Source: Frankiales bacterium (GTDB lineage Bacteria > Actinomycetota > Actinomycetes > Mycobacteriales > SCTD01). From it: DNA of 30,888 nucleotides. This document shows, in pieces, positions 18,083 through 26,777 of this stretch. The stretch is from NCBI GenBank assembly GCA_043747515.1, contig JAYTOZ010000358.1:1-30888 (forward strand), read 5' to 3'. The notes beneath the pieces were generated by a model, which saw only the letters and a list, made by a program, of their open reading frames with translations, was not told the origin of the DNA and ran no database searches. The translations under genes were made by a program, and so were the position numbers. Each line of letters begins with the position of its first letter. Within the stretch, counting starts at the first letter, position 1.

Positions 18083-19516
18083 GTGCAGCAGTTGACCGGT
18101 CTGGACGCGGCCTTCCTGGCGCTGGAGACCCCCGGGGTCTACGGCCACGTCGGGAGCGTCTGCATCCTCGATGCCGCCAACGCGCCGGCACCGGTGACGC
18201 TGGAGTCGCTGACCCGGCTGCTCGAGTCGCGTCTGCACCTGGTGCCGGTCTTCCGCCGCCGGCTGGCCGAGGTGCCGTTCGGGTTCGATCAGCCCTACTG
18301 GATCGAAGACCCCGATTTTGACATCGAGTTCCATGTCCGCGAGATCGCGCTGCCCGCGCCGGGGGACGACAAGCAGCTCGCCGAGCAGGCCGCCCGGTTG
18401 CATGCCCGACCGCTCGACCGCAGCCGCCCGCTCTGGGAGCTCTACCTGATCTCTGGGCTGTCCGGCGGCCGGGTCGCGGTGTACAGCAAGGTGCACCACG
18501 CCGCGATCGACGGGGTCGGCGGCAACGACGTGCTGGCCGCCCTGCTCGATCTGACGCCTCAGGGCCGCGACCTCGAGCCCGCGCCGCCATGGTCGGGTGA
18601 CCATGTGCCGGGCCCGGTCGAGTTGCTGACCCGCAGTGCGGTCTCGATGTGGGGCCACCCGGCGCGAGCGGTGCGCCTGTCGACCCAGCTCGCCGCGTCG
18701 CTGCCCGGCATCATGCGCAACACCGCGATGCCGCGCCTACCGGTGGTCGACCGGCTGTGGCGGCGCAGTCAGAGCGCCGTGCTCAACCAGAGCAGCTTGC
18801 GCGCCCCGGCCACGCCGTTCAACAAGCGCATCTCGCCGCACCGCCGCTGGGCCTTCTGCACCGTCTCGCTCAGCGACGTCAAGAAGGTCAAGAACGCGCA
18901 GGGCTGCACCGTCAACGACGTCGTGATGGCGCTGTGCGCCGGTGCGCTGCGTCGCTGGCTGCTCGACCACGACGCGCTGCCGGACTCGCCGCTGATCGCG
19001 GCCGTCCCGGTCTCGATTCGCAGCGACGCACAGCAGGGCGCCGGGGGCAACCGGGTCTCGTCGATGATCGCGCCGATCCCGACCGACATCGCCGACCCGG
19101 GTGAGCGGCTCGCGCTGGTCCATGAGGCGATGCGGGCTGCCAAGGAGCAGCACGGCGCGTTGCCCGCGGACCTGCTCGCCGACGCGGCGCAGTTCGCGAT
19201 GCCGGCGCTGGCCGGCCAGGCAGCCCGGCTCAACGCCCGGTTGCGCCTGCTGGAGTGGCTCAGCCCGTTCAACCTGTTCATCTCCAACGTCCCGGGGCCC
19301 AACATCGCGCTTTACTATGCTGGTGCGAGATTGCTTGCCTACTACCCATTGTCGGCTATCGCTCATGGTCAGGGACTCAACATGACCGTGATGAGTTACG
19401 AGGACGGCCTGCACTTCGGGCTGCTGTCCTGCCGCGAGCTGGTGCCCGATCTTGACACGCTGGCCCACTACCTTGTCGACTCACTCGATGAGTTGCTCGC
19501 CCTCATCCCCGCCTGA
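18083..19516 (+). CDS. Wax ester synthase / diacylglycerol acyltransferase (WS/DGAT)
   Basis: LTGLDAAFL, PLDRSRPLWELY, HHAAIDG catalytic motif, TVNDVV, GNRVS and ISNVPGP. Confidence 0.95.
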   Translation: MQQLTGLDAAFLALETPGVYGHVGSVCILDAANAPAPVTLESLTRLLESRLHLVPVFRRRLAEVPFGFDQPYWIEDPDFDIEFHVREIALPAPGDDKQLAEQAARLHARPLDRSRPLWELYLISGLSGGRVAVYSKVHHAAIDGVGGNDVLAALLDLTPQGRDLEPAPPWSGDHVPGPVELLTRSAVSMWGHPARAVRLSTQLAASLPGIMRNTAMPRLPVVDRLWRRSQSAVLNQSSLRAPATPFNKRISPHRRWAFCTVSLSDVKKVKNAQGCTVNDVVMALCAGALRRWLLDHDALPDSPLIAAVPVSIRSDAQQGAGGNRVSSMIAPIPTDIADPGERLALVHEAMRAAKEQHGALPADLLADAAQFAMPALAGQAARLNARLRLLEWLSPFNLFISNVPGPNIALYYAGARLLAYYPLSAIAHGQGLNMTVMSYEDGLHFGLLSCRELVPDLDTLAHYLVDSLDELLALIPA

Positions 19517-19532
19517 TCCCCGGAGGCTTCCC

Positions 19533-19952
19533 GTGCCCGTCCCCGTCATCGGTTTTGCCCACGTCCGCCTGACCGTCACCGACATCGAGCGATCGCGGGC
19601 GTTCTACGACGCGGTCTTCGGCTTCCAGGTGGCCTACGAGCTGCCGGCCGGCGCGGATGCGGCGACCAGGCAGGCCCTCGGTTTCCTCTATGGCGGGGTG
19701 ATCTACACCTTCGGTGGCGGGCTGCTGGGGCTTCGTCCGGTGGCCCCCGGCGGGGACCGCTTCTCAGAGGACCGCTCGGGCCTTGACCACCTCTGCTTCA
19801 CCGTCGCCGGGCCGGCCGACCTGGAGATCGCCATCGGGGTGCTCGACGGCCTCGGCGTCGAGCACGGTCAGGTGAAGAATCTCGGTGAGGTGTCGATCCT
19901 TGAGTTCCGCGACCCGGACGGCATCGCGCTCGAGCTTTCAGCACCGAACTAA
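19533..19952 (+). CDS. VOC/glyoxalase family protein
   Basis: AHVRLTVTDIERSRAFY, GLDHLCF and FRDPDGIALE. GGAGG before GTG 19533. Confidence 0.9.
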   Translation: MPVPVIGFAHVRLTVTDIERSRAFYDAVFGFQVAYELPAGADAATRQALGFLYGGVIYTFGGGLLGLRPVAPGGDRFSEDRSGLDHLCFTVAGPADLEIAIGVLDGLGVEHGQVKNLGEVSILEFRDPDGIALELSAPN

Positions 19953-19962
19953 ACTCCGGCGG

Positions 19963-21039
19963 GTGACCATCGAGACCCTGCCCTCGCCGGTGCTTGCGGC
20001 CCGTCGCCTCGCCGACGACCTGCTCCGCCCCCAGGCCGAGCAGGTCGACGACGACGCCGTGCCGCGCTCGCATCTGGACGCCCTCGCCGCCGCCGGCCTG
20101 CTCGGCCTCACCGGACCTCCTGCGTACGGCGGGGCAGGGGTGCCCGCTCCGGTGGCCCGTGAGATCACCGAGTTGCTGGCCGGGGCCGACGCGGCGACCT
20201 GGTTCGTCTCGACCCAGCACGCCATGCCGCTGGGCATGCTGGCCGCCTCAGCCAACCAGGAGCTGCGCGAACGGCTGCTGCGGCCGCTGTGCACCGGCTT
20301 GTTGGCCGGGGTCGCGGTGGCCCACCTGCGCCGACCGGGTCGGCCGGCCGTCACTGCGACCCGGGTCGACGGCGGCTGGCGGTTCGACGGGCACGTCGGC
20401 TGGATGACCTCCTGGGGCATCTGCGACGTCTTCCTGCTCGCCGGGCTGTCCGGCGACGGCCAGGCAGTCTTCGCCCTGCTCCCGGCCGTCGAGGGCGGCG
20501 GCCTGACGGCGAGCCAGCCGATGCGACTCGCAGCGATGCAGGCGACCTCCACGGTGACCCTGGACCTCGCCGGCCTGAGAGCGACCGACGCCGACATCGT
20601 TGCGACGGAGCCTTATGACGGGTGGCTCGCGATCGACCGCGCGAAGACCGCGAACATCACCCCTGCGGTCTTCGGCCTGCAGGCCGACACGGTCCGCCGA
20701 CTCGCCGAGACCGCCCGCGACAGAGGCGATGCCACCGCTGCCGAGCTCGCCAACCGGCTGCGGGACGAGGCCGACGCCCTGCGGGTGCAGGCCTACGCCC
20801 TCATCGACCATGTGCCTGCCGACGAGCAGATCGAGGATCGGCTCGCCTTGCGGGCTGAAGCACTCGAGTTGCTGGTGCGCTCGGCCACCGCGCTCGTCGC
20901 CGCCACCGGCGGCAGCGCCATGGCGGTTGGGTCGGCGCCGCAACGCCGATTGCGCGAGGCCGGCTTCATGCTGGTGCAGGCCCAGACCGGCCCCGTCCGC
21001 GAGGCCACCCTGCAACGGCTGCTGGAGCGGACGGCGTGA
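19963..21039 (+). CDS. Acyl-CoA dehydrogenase superfamily flavoprotein (possibly monooxygenase-like)
   Basis: HLDALAAAGLLGL...YGGAG, GWRFDGHVGWMTS and RRLREAGF. TAAACT 7 nt before GTG 19963. Confidence 0.8.
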   Translation: MTIETLPSPVLAARRLADDLLRPQAEQVDDDAVPRSHLDALAAAGLLGLTGPPAYGGAGVPAPVAREITELLAGADAATWFVSTQHAMPLGMLAASANQELRERLLRPLCTGLLAGVAVAHLRRPGRPAVTATRVDGGWRFDGHVGWMTSWGICDVFLLAGLSGDGQAVFALLPAVEGGGLTASQPMRLAAMQATSTVTLDLAGLRATDADIVATEPYDGWLAIDRAKTANITPAVFGLQADTVRRLAETARDRGDATAAELANRLRDEADALRVQAYALIDHVPADEQIEDRLALRAEALELLVRSATALVAATGGSAMAVGSAPQRRLREAGFMLVQAQTGPVREATLQRLLERTA

Positions 21040-21806
21040 GCTGGCGGCTGACCGACAGCGACTGGAACTCCTGGCCGGATGGCCTGACCGACGCCCAGTT
21101 GTGGGCGCAGACCGCCAATCTCGGGCTCGACGGCATCGAGCTCGGCGTCTACGACGCGTCCGTCGAGCTTGCCCCCGCGCGGCTCGCCGCTCTGCCCGGC
21201 ACCGTGCCGGTGACCGACCTGCTGCTGTCGCTGCCCGCCACCCGCTGGCCGGGCGGGGCGCTGTCCGGCGACATCGACCGCCTCCTGACGCAGGTGCGCG
21301 CCTGCTCCGACGTCTGCCGCGACCTGGGCCTTGACGTCCTCGGTCTGTGGCCGGGCGCCGATCCGGTCGGCGCCGACGTCCTCGACGGGGTCCGGCGGGT
21401 CGTCGACGCAGCTGGCGACATCCGGATCGCGCTGGAGTACAAGCCGGACACCGCGGTAGCCACCTGCGACGATGTGATCGCCCTGTGCGCAGCCGTTCCC
21501 GGGCTCGGGGTGCTGCTCGACACCGGCCACGCCTACGCGAATCGCGAAGACCCGGCGCTGCTCGTCGAGCGGCTCGGCGGGCTGCTGCTGCACTGCCACC
21601 TCGGCGACGCGGCTGCCGGTGGGGGCGACGACGACCTGCCCTGCGGGCGGCTGCACGACTTCGGCACGTTCGTCGCCGCGCTGGATGCGACCGGCTGGTC
21701 CGGCACGGCCTCGTTCGACCTCTACGGCGCGGTCTCGAGCGGCCTGCTGACCGGTGGCCAGGCGGTCCGCGAGAGCCGCGACCACGTCCTTGCCACCCGC
21801 GCGTGA
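21036..21806 (+). CDS. Sugar phosphate isomerase/epimerase (xylose-isomerase-like TIM barrel)
   Basis: DGIELG, IALEYKP, LDTGHA and HCHLGD metal-ligand motifs. GTGA overlap. Confidence 0.85.
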   Translation: MSWRLTDSDWNSWPDGLTDAQLWAQTANLGLDGIELGVYDASVELAPARLAALPGTVPVTDLLLSLPATRWPGGALSGDIDRLLTQVRACSDVCRDLGLDVLGLWPGADPVGADVLDGVRRVVDAAGDIRIALEYKPDTAVATCDDVIALCAAVPGLGVLLDTGHAYANREDPALLVERLGGLLLHCHLGDAAAGGGDDDLPCGRLHDFGTFVAALDATGWSGTASFDLYGAVSSGLLTGGQAVRESRDHVLATRA

Positions 21807-22738
21807 GGGCCGTCGTCGCGCACGGTCCGGGGGATTTCCGGCTTGAGCAGGTCGAGGACCCGGTCGGCGACCTGCTCGTCGACGTCGAGGCCGCCGGAGT
21901 CTGCGCCGCCGACCGGATGCTCTGGACCGGCGACCATCCCTGGGGGACGCTGGCCTGGCCGTTCGTCCCCGGGCACGAGCTGCTCGGCCGCGACCCGGCT
22001 GGCCGACGGGTCACCACCGAGGTCAAGGTGCCGTGCGGGTCCTGCCCAGCCTGCGCGCGCGGCGAGGACCACCTGTGCCTGCACGGACGGCATCTGGGCA
22101 GCGGCTTTTCCGGTGCGTTCGCCGAGCGGGTGGCCCTGCCGGTCGGCGCCCGGGTGCACGACATCCCCGAGGCCCTCACCACCGAGCAGGCGGTGCTCGC
22201 CGAGCCGATGGCCTGCGCCCTGCATGCCGTACGCCGGGCCGGGGTCCGGCCCGGCGACCGGGTCGCCATTGCGGGCCTCGGCGGCCTCGGTGCGCTGGCG
22301 GTGCACGCCGCCCGCGCGCAGGGGGCGGCGCACGTGACGGCGGTCGTCCGGAGCGAGGACAAGGCCCGCCTTGCTCGGGAGTTGGGCTACGACGCCGCGA
22401 CGAAGGAGCCTTCCGGTGCGGCGTACGACACGGTCCTTGACGTGAGCGGTTCGGTTGATGCGGTGGCCGTTCTGCTGCGGGCGGTCCGGCCGGGCGGGCG
22501 GGTCGGTGTCTACGGCGTCTACCGCGAGCCGCTGCCGCTCGACCTCAACGGGCTCGCGGAATTTGGCGAGTTGACCGTCAGCGGTGGACATCTCGCCCCC
22601 GGCTGCTTCCCAGAGGCGATCGCCCTGCTGCACCTGGTCGACGGCGCGCTCGTCGTCACCGGCACCCATCCGCTCGAGCGGCTCACCGACGCGCTCGAGG
22701 CCCCGCAGCCCCGCCTGAAGGAGATCGTGCGCCCGTGA
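21803..22738 (+). CDS. Zinc-dependent (MDR) alcohol/polyol dehydrogenase
   Basis: GVCAAD, PGHE, CGSCPACARGEDHLC, EPMACA and AGLGGLG. Starts at GTG 21803 inside track ORF 21347..22738. Confidence 0.9.
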   Translation: MRAVVAHGPGDFRLEQVEDPVGDLLVDVEAAGVCAADRMLWTGDHPWGTLAWPFVPGHELLGRDPAGRRVTTEVKVPCGSCPACARGEDHLCLHGRHLGSGFSGAFAERVALPVGARVHDIPEALTTEQAVLAEPMACALHAVRRAGVRPGDRVAIAGLGGLGALAVHAARAQGAAHVTAVVRSEDKARLARELGYDAATKEPSGAAYDTVLDVSGSVDAVAVLLRAVRPGGRVGVYGVYREPLPLDLNGLAEFGELTVSGGHLAPGCFPEAIALLHLVDGALVVTGTHPLERLTDALEAPQPRLKEIVRP

Positions 22739-23373
22739 AGGACCTCATCGACGAGCTCATCACCGTCGGCCGCAAGGCGGTGGCGGCAGGGCTGGTGATC
22801 GGCAGCGGGGGCAACCTGTCGGCCCGCCTGCCCGGCGCGGACCAGTGCGTCGTGACGGCGAGCGGCTGCTGGCTCGACGAGCTGACACGGGACGATTTCT
22901 CGGTCGTCGCCATCACTGACGGCGCGGTGCGGGGCGGGCATCCCCGGCCGAGTAGCGAGACGCCGCTGCACCTCGCGACCTACCGGGTGCGAGCCGACGT
23001 CAACGCCGTCGTCCACCTGCACCCGCAGACCTCGGTGCTGCTCGACGCGCTCGGCCACCCGATTCGGCTGCTGACGATCGACCACGCCTACTACGTGCGC
23101 GAGGTGCGCTCGACGCCGTTCATCCAGAGCGGCACGCAGGAGCTCGCCGACGCCGGCGCGGCCGCGGTCGCGGATGGCTGCAACTGCGTCATCCTTGGCC
23201 ACCACGGCTGCTCGGCGCTGGGCGAGACCGTCGAGCTGGCCCACAAGCGGGCGGCGAATCTCGAGGAGGCCGCTCGCGCGACGCTCGTGATGTTGCAGCT
23301 CGGCGACACGACCACGGTCTGCCCGCCGGCCTACCTGGCGACCGTCCGGACCAGGGAGCGCGCCGCGCCGTGA
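22735..23373 (+). CDS. Class II aldolase/adducin family protein
   Basis: GSGGNLS, PSSETPLH, VVHLHP and ILGHHG metal-binding His motifs. Confidence 0.92.
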   Translation: MKDLIDELITVGRKAVAAGLVIGSGGNLSARLPGADQCVVTASGCWLDELTRDDFSVVAITDGAVRGGHPRPSSETPLHLATYRVRADVNAVVHLHPQTSVLLDALGHPIRLLTIDHAYYVREVRSTPFIQSGTQELADAGAAAVADGCNCVILGHHGCSALGETVELAHKRAANLEEAARATLVMLQLGDTTTVCPPAYLATVRTRERAAP

Positions 23374-24776
23374 GCCTGGTGGCCGGGCTCGACCTGGGGG
23401 GCTCGTCGGTCAAGGCCTGGGTCTGCGACGCCTCGGCGCCGCAGCAGGCCCTCGCTTCGCTCACTGTGCCGGCGCCGGTGTTGCGGCCGGCTCCGCACCG
23501 GGTGGAGTTCGTCCCCGGCGAGTGGGAGGCCGTCTGCCGCACCGCCCTGGCCGACGTCGTACGCCGTACCGGCCGGCCCGGCGCCGACTACGTCGGGGTC
23601 ACCGTCGGTTCGCTCCGGCAGGGCTTCGTGCTGTTGGACGGCGCCGGCGAACCGCTGGGCACCGGGGTGCTCAACAGCGACCGCCGGGGAGCCCCCTACG
23701 CCGGGGTGCTTGACGGCCAGCACCGGCTCACCGGGCACTGGCCGGCGCCGGAGCTGACCCTGCCCAAGCTGCTCGCGGTGCAGCACGACGAGCCGGCGCG
23801 GTGGGCGGCGACGGCGCGGGTGCTGTTCGTGCACGACTGGGTGCTGTGGCGGATGACCGGGGTGCAGGTCACCGAGTTGTCCTACGCCTGCGCGGGCGCG
23901 ATGGCCGACGTGGCCGGTCGGCGGTGGGCCACCGACCTGCTGGAGCAGTGCGGTGTCGGCGTCGGGCGACTCGCGCCGCTGGTCGAGGCCGGCAGCCGGG
24001 TCGCTGCGCTGGGCGAGGGCTGGGGCCTGCCGGTCTCGCTGCCCGTGGTCAGCGGGTGCGGCGACACCCAGCTCGCTGCGATGGGCGTCGGGGGCCTGGC
24101 CGACGGGGTCCTGACGGTCGTGGCCGGGTCGAGCACGCCGGTCCAGGTGGCCACCTCGGCGATGGTCGACGACCCGCTCGGCCGCCCGTGGGTGTCGACC
24201 CACGCAGCACAGGATCGCTGGGCAGCGGAGGGCAATGCCGGCTACCCCGGGACGGCACAGGGCTGGTGGGCCGGCCTCGTCCCGCGCGGTCAGGATGAGC
24301 CGGCGACCGGGCCGAGCCACGTCACGGCGGTCACGGCCGCGCCGTACTGGTCGCAGCAGACCTGGGAGCGCAAGCCACCGACGTCACTGCTGGGGCTGCG
24401 GCCCGAGACGACCGCCCGCGACGTGGCCGACGCCTTCGAACAGGCGCACGCCTACGCGGTGCGCGGCAACATCGAGGACCTCGAACGGGCCTTGCGCCGA
24501 GCCGCCTCAGCCGTCGTGGTCACCGGCGGGGCGGCTGCCGACGGCCGGCTGCCGGCCCTGCTCGCCGGGGTGCTCGGCCGAGACGTGCACTGGGCCAGAA
24601 GCGGCGGTGCGGCGCAGGCCGGCACGGTGCTGGTCGCGCGGGCGCTCGGGGCGCAACTGGACATTCCAGCCCTGCCGACGACGGTGTTGCCCGCCGGCGA
24701 CCCGGCGCCCTGGCAGGAGGGTTACGAGCGTTGGACGACGACGACCGAGGCGTTGCGCTCGGCTTTGGCCGGCTGA
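23370..24776 (+). CDS. FGGY-family carbohydrate kinase (LsrK/xylulokinase-like)
   Basis: GLDLGGSSVK, SLRQG, NSDRRG, HDWV, SGCGDTQLA and VTGGAA. Confidence 0.9.
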   Translation: MSLVAGLDLGGSSVKAWVCDASAPQQALASLTVPAPVLRPAPHRVEFVPGEWEAVCRTALADVVRRTGRPGADYVGVTVGSLRQGFVLLDGAGEPLGTGVLNSDRRGAPYAGVLDGQHRLTGHWPAPELTLPKLLAVQHDEPARWAATARVLFVHDWVLWRMTGVQVTELSYACAGAMADVAGRRWATDLLEQCGVGVGRLAPLVEAGSRVAALGEGWGLPVSLPVVSGCGDTQLAAMGVGGLADGVLTVVAGSSTPVQVATSAMVDDPLGRPWVSTHAAQDRWAAEGNAGYPGTAQGWWAGLVPRGQDEPATGPSHVTAVTAAPYWSQQTWERKPPTSLLGLRPETTARDVADAFEQAHAYAVRGNIEDLERALRRAASAVVVTGGAAADGRLPALLAGVLGRDVHWARSGGAAQAGTVLVARALGAQLDIPALPTTVLPAGDPAPWQEGYERWTTTTEALRSALAG

Positions 24777-25702
24777 GCCTTCCTGCCACGCTTGTCGAGG
24801 TACATCCGCCGGTCGGCCAGGCCCCAGGCGGTCTCGACGGCCTGGGACGGGTCCCACCAGGCCGCCCCGACCGACACCTGCAGCTGCTCGTCCCGCAGGG
24901 CCGCCTGCAGGCGGGCTGCGAGCTGTTCGGCGTCCCCGAAGCCGGCTGCCGGGCTGAGCACCCCGAACTCATCGCCGCCGAGGCGGGCCAGCACATCGGT
25001 GCGCCGGACCGCGCCCTGCAACGCGGTCGCCACCTTGGTGAGCAGCAGATCGCCGCTCGCGTGGCCGAGCCGGTCGTTCAAGGCCTTCAGCCCGTCGCAG
25101 TCGAGGCTGGCGAAGGCCAGCCCGCCGCCGTCGCGCTGGCAGCGCTCACGTTCCCGGTCCAGGGCGGTGATCCAGCCGAACCGACTGAGCACGCCGGTGA
25201 GCGGGTCGCGCATCGCCGCCGCTTCGGCCTCGTCGGCGCGCGCCGCCTCGATCCGACTGGCGGTGCTCGCCTCGTGGACGTGGGCCAGCAGGTCGGCGAG
25301 CATCTGGACCAGCGGCAGCACCTCCGCGAGGGACGGCGGCATCGGCTCCGGGTCGAACCCGCAGACGGTCCCGAGCAGCCGGCCGTCGACGGTGATCGGC
25401 GCCCCGACGTACGCCGAGATGGGCAGCTCGGTGCGCAGGGGTGCGGCGCCGAGCCGGGAGTCGTCGTCGAGGTTGGCCACCACCTGCGCGCCGGTGCCGC
25501 GCACCATCCGCCAGCACACGGTGTCGGTCCAGCGCAGCCGGGTGCCGGGTGGCACGCCGTAGCCGCGGTCGGCGACGGCGACGGGGATCCAGTCACCCGC
25601 CTGTTCGTCGATGTCGGCGACCACCCAGGCGTGCATCGGGGACTGGGTCTGCAAGAAGTCGACGACACGCTGGGCCGCGACGAGATAGCCGTCGTGCTGC
25701 AC
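24722..25702 (-). CDS. GAF-domain diguanylate cyclase
   Basis: N-terminal GAF (AYVGAPI..GTVCGFD), DPLTG, DCDGLKALNDRLGHASGD and RLGGDEF, with an RxxD I-site (RRTD). GGAGG before GTG. Confidence 0.92.
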   Translation of the reverse strand: MQHDGYLVAAQRVVDFLQTQSPMHAWVVADIDEQAGDWIPVAVADRGYGVPPGTRLRWTDTVCWRMVRGTGAQVVANLDDDSRLGAAPLRTELPISAYVGAPITVDGRLLGTVCGFDPEPMPPSLAEVLPLVQMLADLLAHVHEASTASRIEAARADEAEAAAMRDPLTGVLSRFGWITALDRERERCQRDGGGLAFASLDCDGLKALNDRLGHASGDLLLTKVATALQGAVRRTDVLARLGGDEFGVLSPAAGFGDAEQLAARLQAALRDEQLQVSVGAAWWDPSQAVETAWGLADRRMYLDKRGRKAQPAKAERNASVVVVQRS

Positions 25703-25812
25703 AGTGCCTCCGCTGGGTCGCGCGCGACGCGGGTCAGGGCAGCCGCGCCTAGTCTGCGGCCCGCCACCGGTCGCGTCACTGGCCCAAAAGGATGGTGCGG
25801 GACAGTGTCTGG

Positions 25813-26757
25813 ATGAGGGCCCTGGTCACCGCGGAGTTCACCGACGACGGCGTGATACGTCTGCGCGACCTCGGATACGAGGTGCGGCAAGCCGGCTGGG
25901 GCGCCACCCGGCAGCCGCTCGACACCTCCGCCCTGGTGGCGGCGGCGAGCGGGTGCACGCTGCTGGTGACCGAGCTCGAGGTCATCGACGCCGAGGTGCT
26001 CGCGGCGCTGCCCTCGGTGCAACTGGTCGCGACTGCTCGCGGCGGCCCGGTCAACGTCGATCTCGCCGCTTGTGCGGCTCGCGACGTGCCGGTCCTGTTC
26101 ACCCCCGGCCGCAATGCCGGGTCGGTCGCGGATTTCACCATCGGCCTGCTGCTCACGCTCTGCCGGGGGATCACCGCAGCTGATCGGCATCTGCGCGAGA
26201 GCGGCTGGCACGTCGGTGACGACCTGCCCTACCTGCACTTTCGCGGGCCGGAGCTTGCCGGCCGGGTGCTCGGCGTCGTCGGCCTGGGCGCGGTCGGCCG
26301 GCTCGTCGCCCAGCGCGCCTCGGCCGGCTTCGGCATGCGGGTCCTGCACCACGACCCGAACGTGGCGGGCTCGCTGCCGCTCCAGGAGCTGGTGGCCGCG
26401 GCCGACGTGCTTTCGCTGCACTGTCCACGCCTGCCGGCGACCCGCGGGCTGGTGGACGCCGGCCTGCTGGCCCGGTTGCGGCCGGCGTCCTACCTCCTGA
26501 ACACCGCCGGCGGGGGCGTCGTCGACGAGGACGCCCTGTGCGACGCCCTCGACGCCGGCCGGCTCGCCGGAGCGGCCCTGGACGTGTTCGCGACCGAACC
26601 GCTACCCAGGGACAGCCGGCTGCTGCGCACTCCCAGGTTGCTGCTGACGCCGCACCTGGCCGGCGCGGCCGACGACGTGGTGACGCACCACACATCGATG
26701 CTCTGCGACGACATCGAACGCTGGCACCGAGGGGAGCCCCTCATGCATCGCGCCTGA
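25813..26757 (+). CDS. D-isomer-specific 2-hydroxyacid dehydrogenase (no ACT domain)
   Basis: ARGGPVNVDL, TPGRNAGSVAD, GVVGLGAVG, SLHCP, LDVFATEP and TPHLAG. Confidence 0.9.
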   Translation: MRALVTAEFTDDGVIRLRDLGYEVRQAGWGATRQPLDTSALVAAASGCTLLVTELEVIDAEVLAALPSVQLVATARGGPVNVDLAACAARDVPVLFTPGRNAGSVADFTIGLLLTLCRGITAADRHLRESGWHVGDDLPYLHFRGPELAGRVLGVVGLGAVGRLVAQRASAGFGMRVLHHDPNVAGSLPLQELVAAADVLSLHCPRLPATRGLVDAGLLARLRPASYLLNTAGGGVVDEDALCDALDAGRLAGAALDVFATEPLPRDSRLLRTPRLLLTPHLAGAADDVVTHHTSMLCDDIERWHRGEPLMHRA

Positions 26758-26777
26758 TGCAGTCATAGGCTCCGGCG

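Noticed and set aside
25813-26757. Second serA
   Set aside because: It lacks the ACT domain and SerA-specific motifs; a generic 2-hydroxyacid dehydrogenase fits better.
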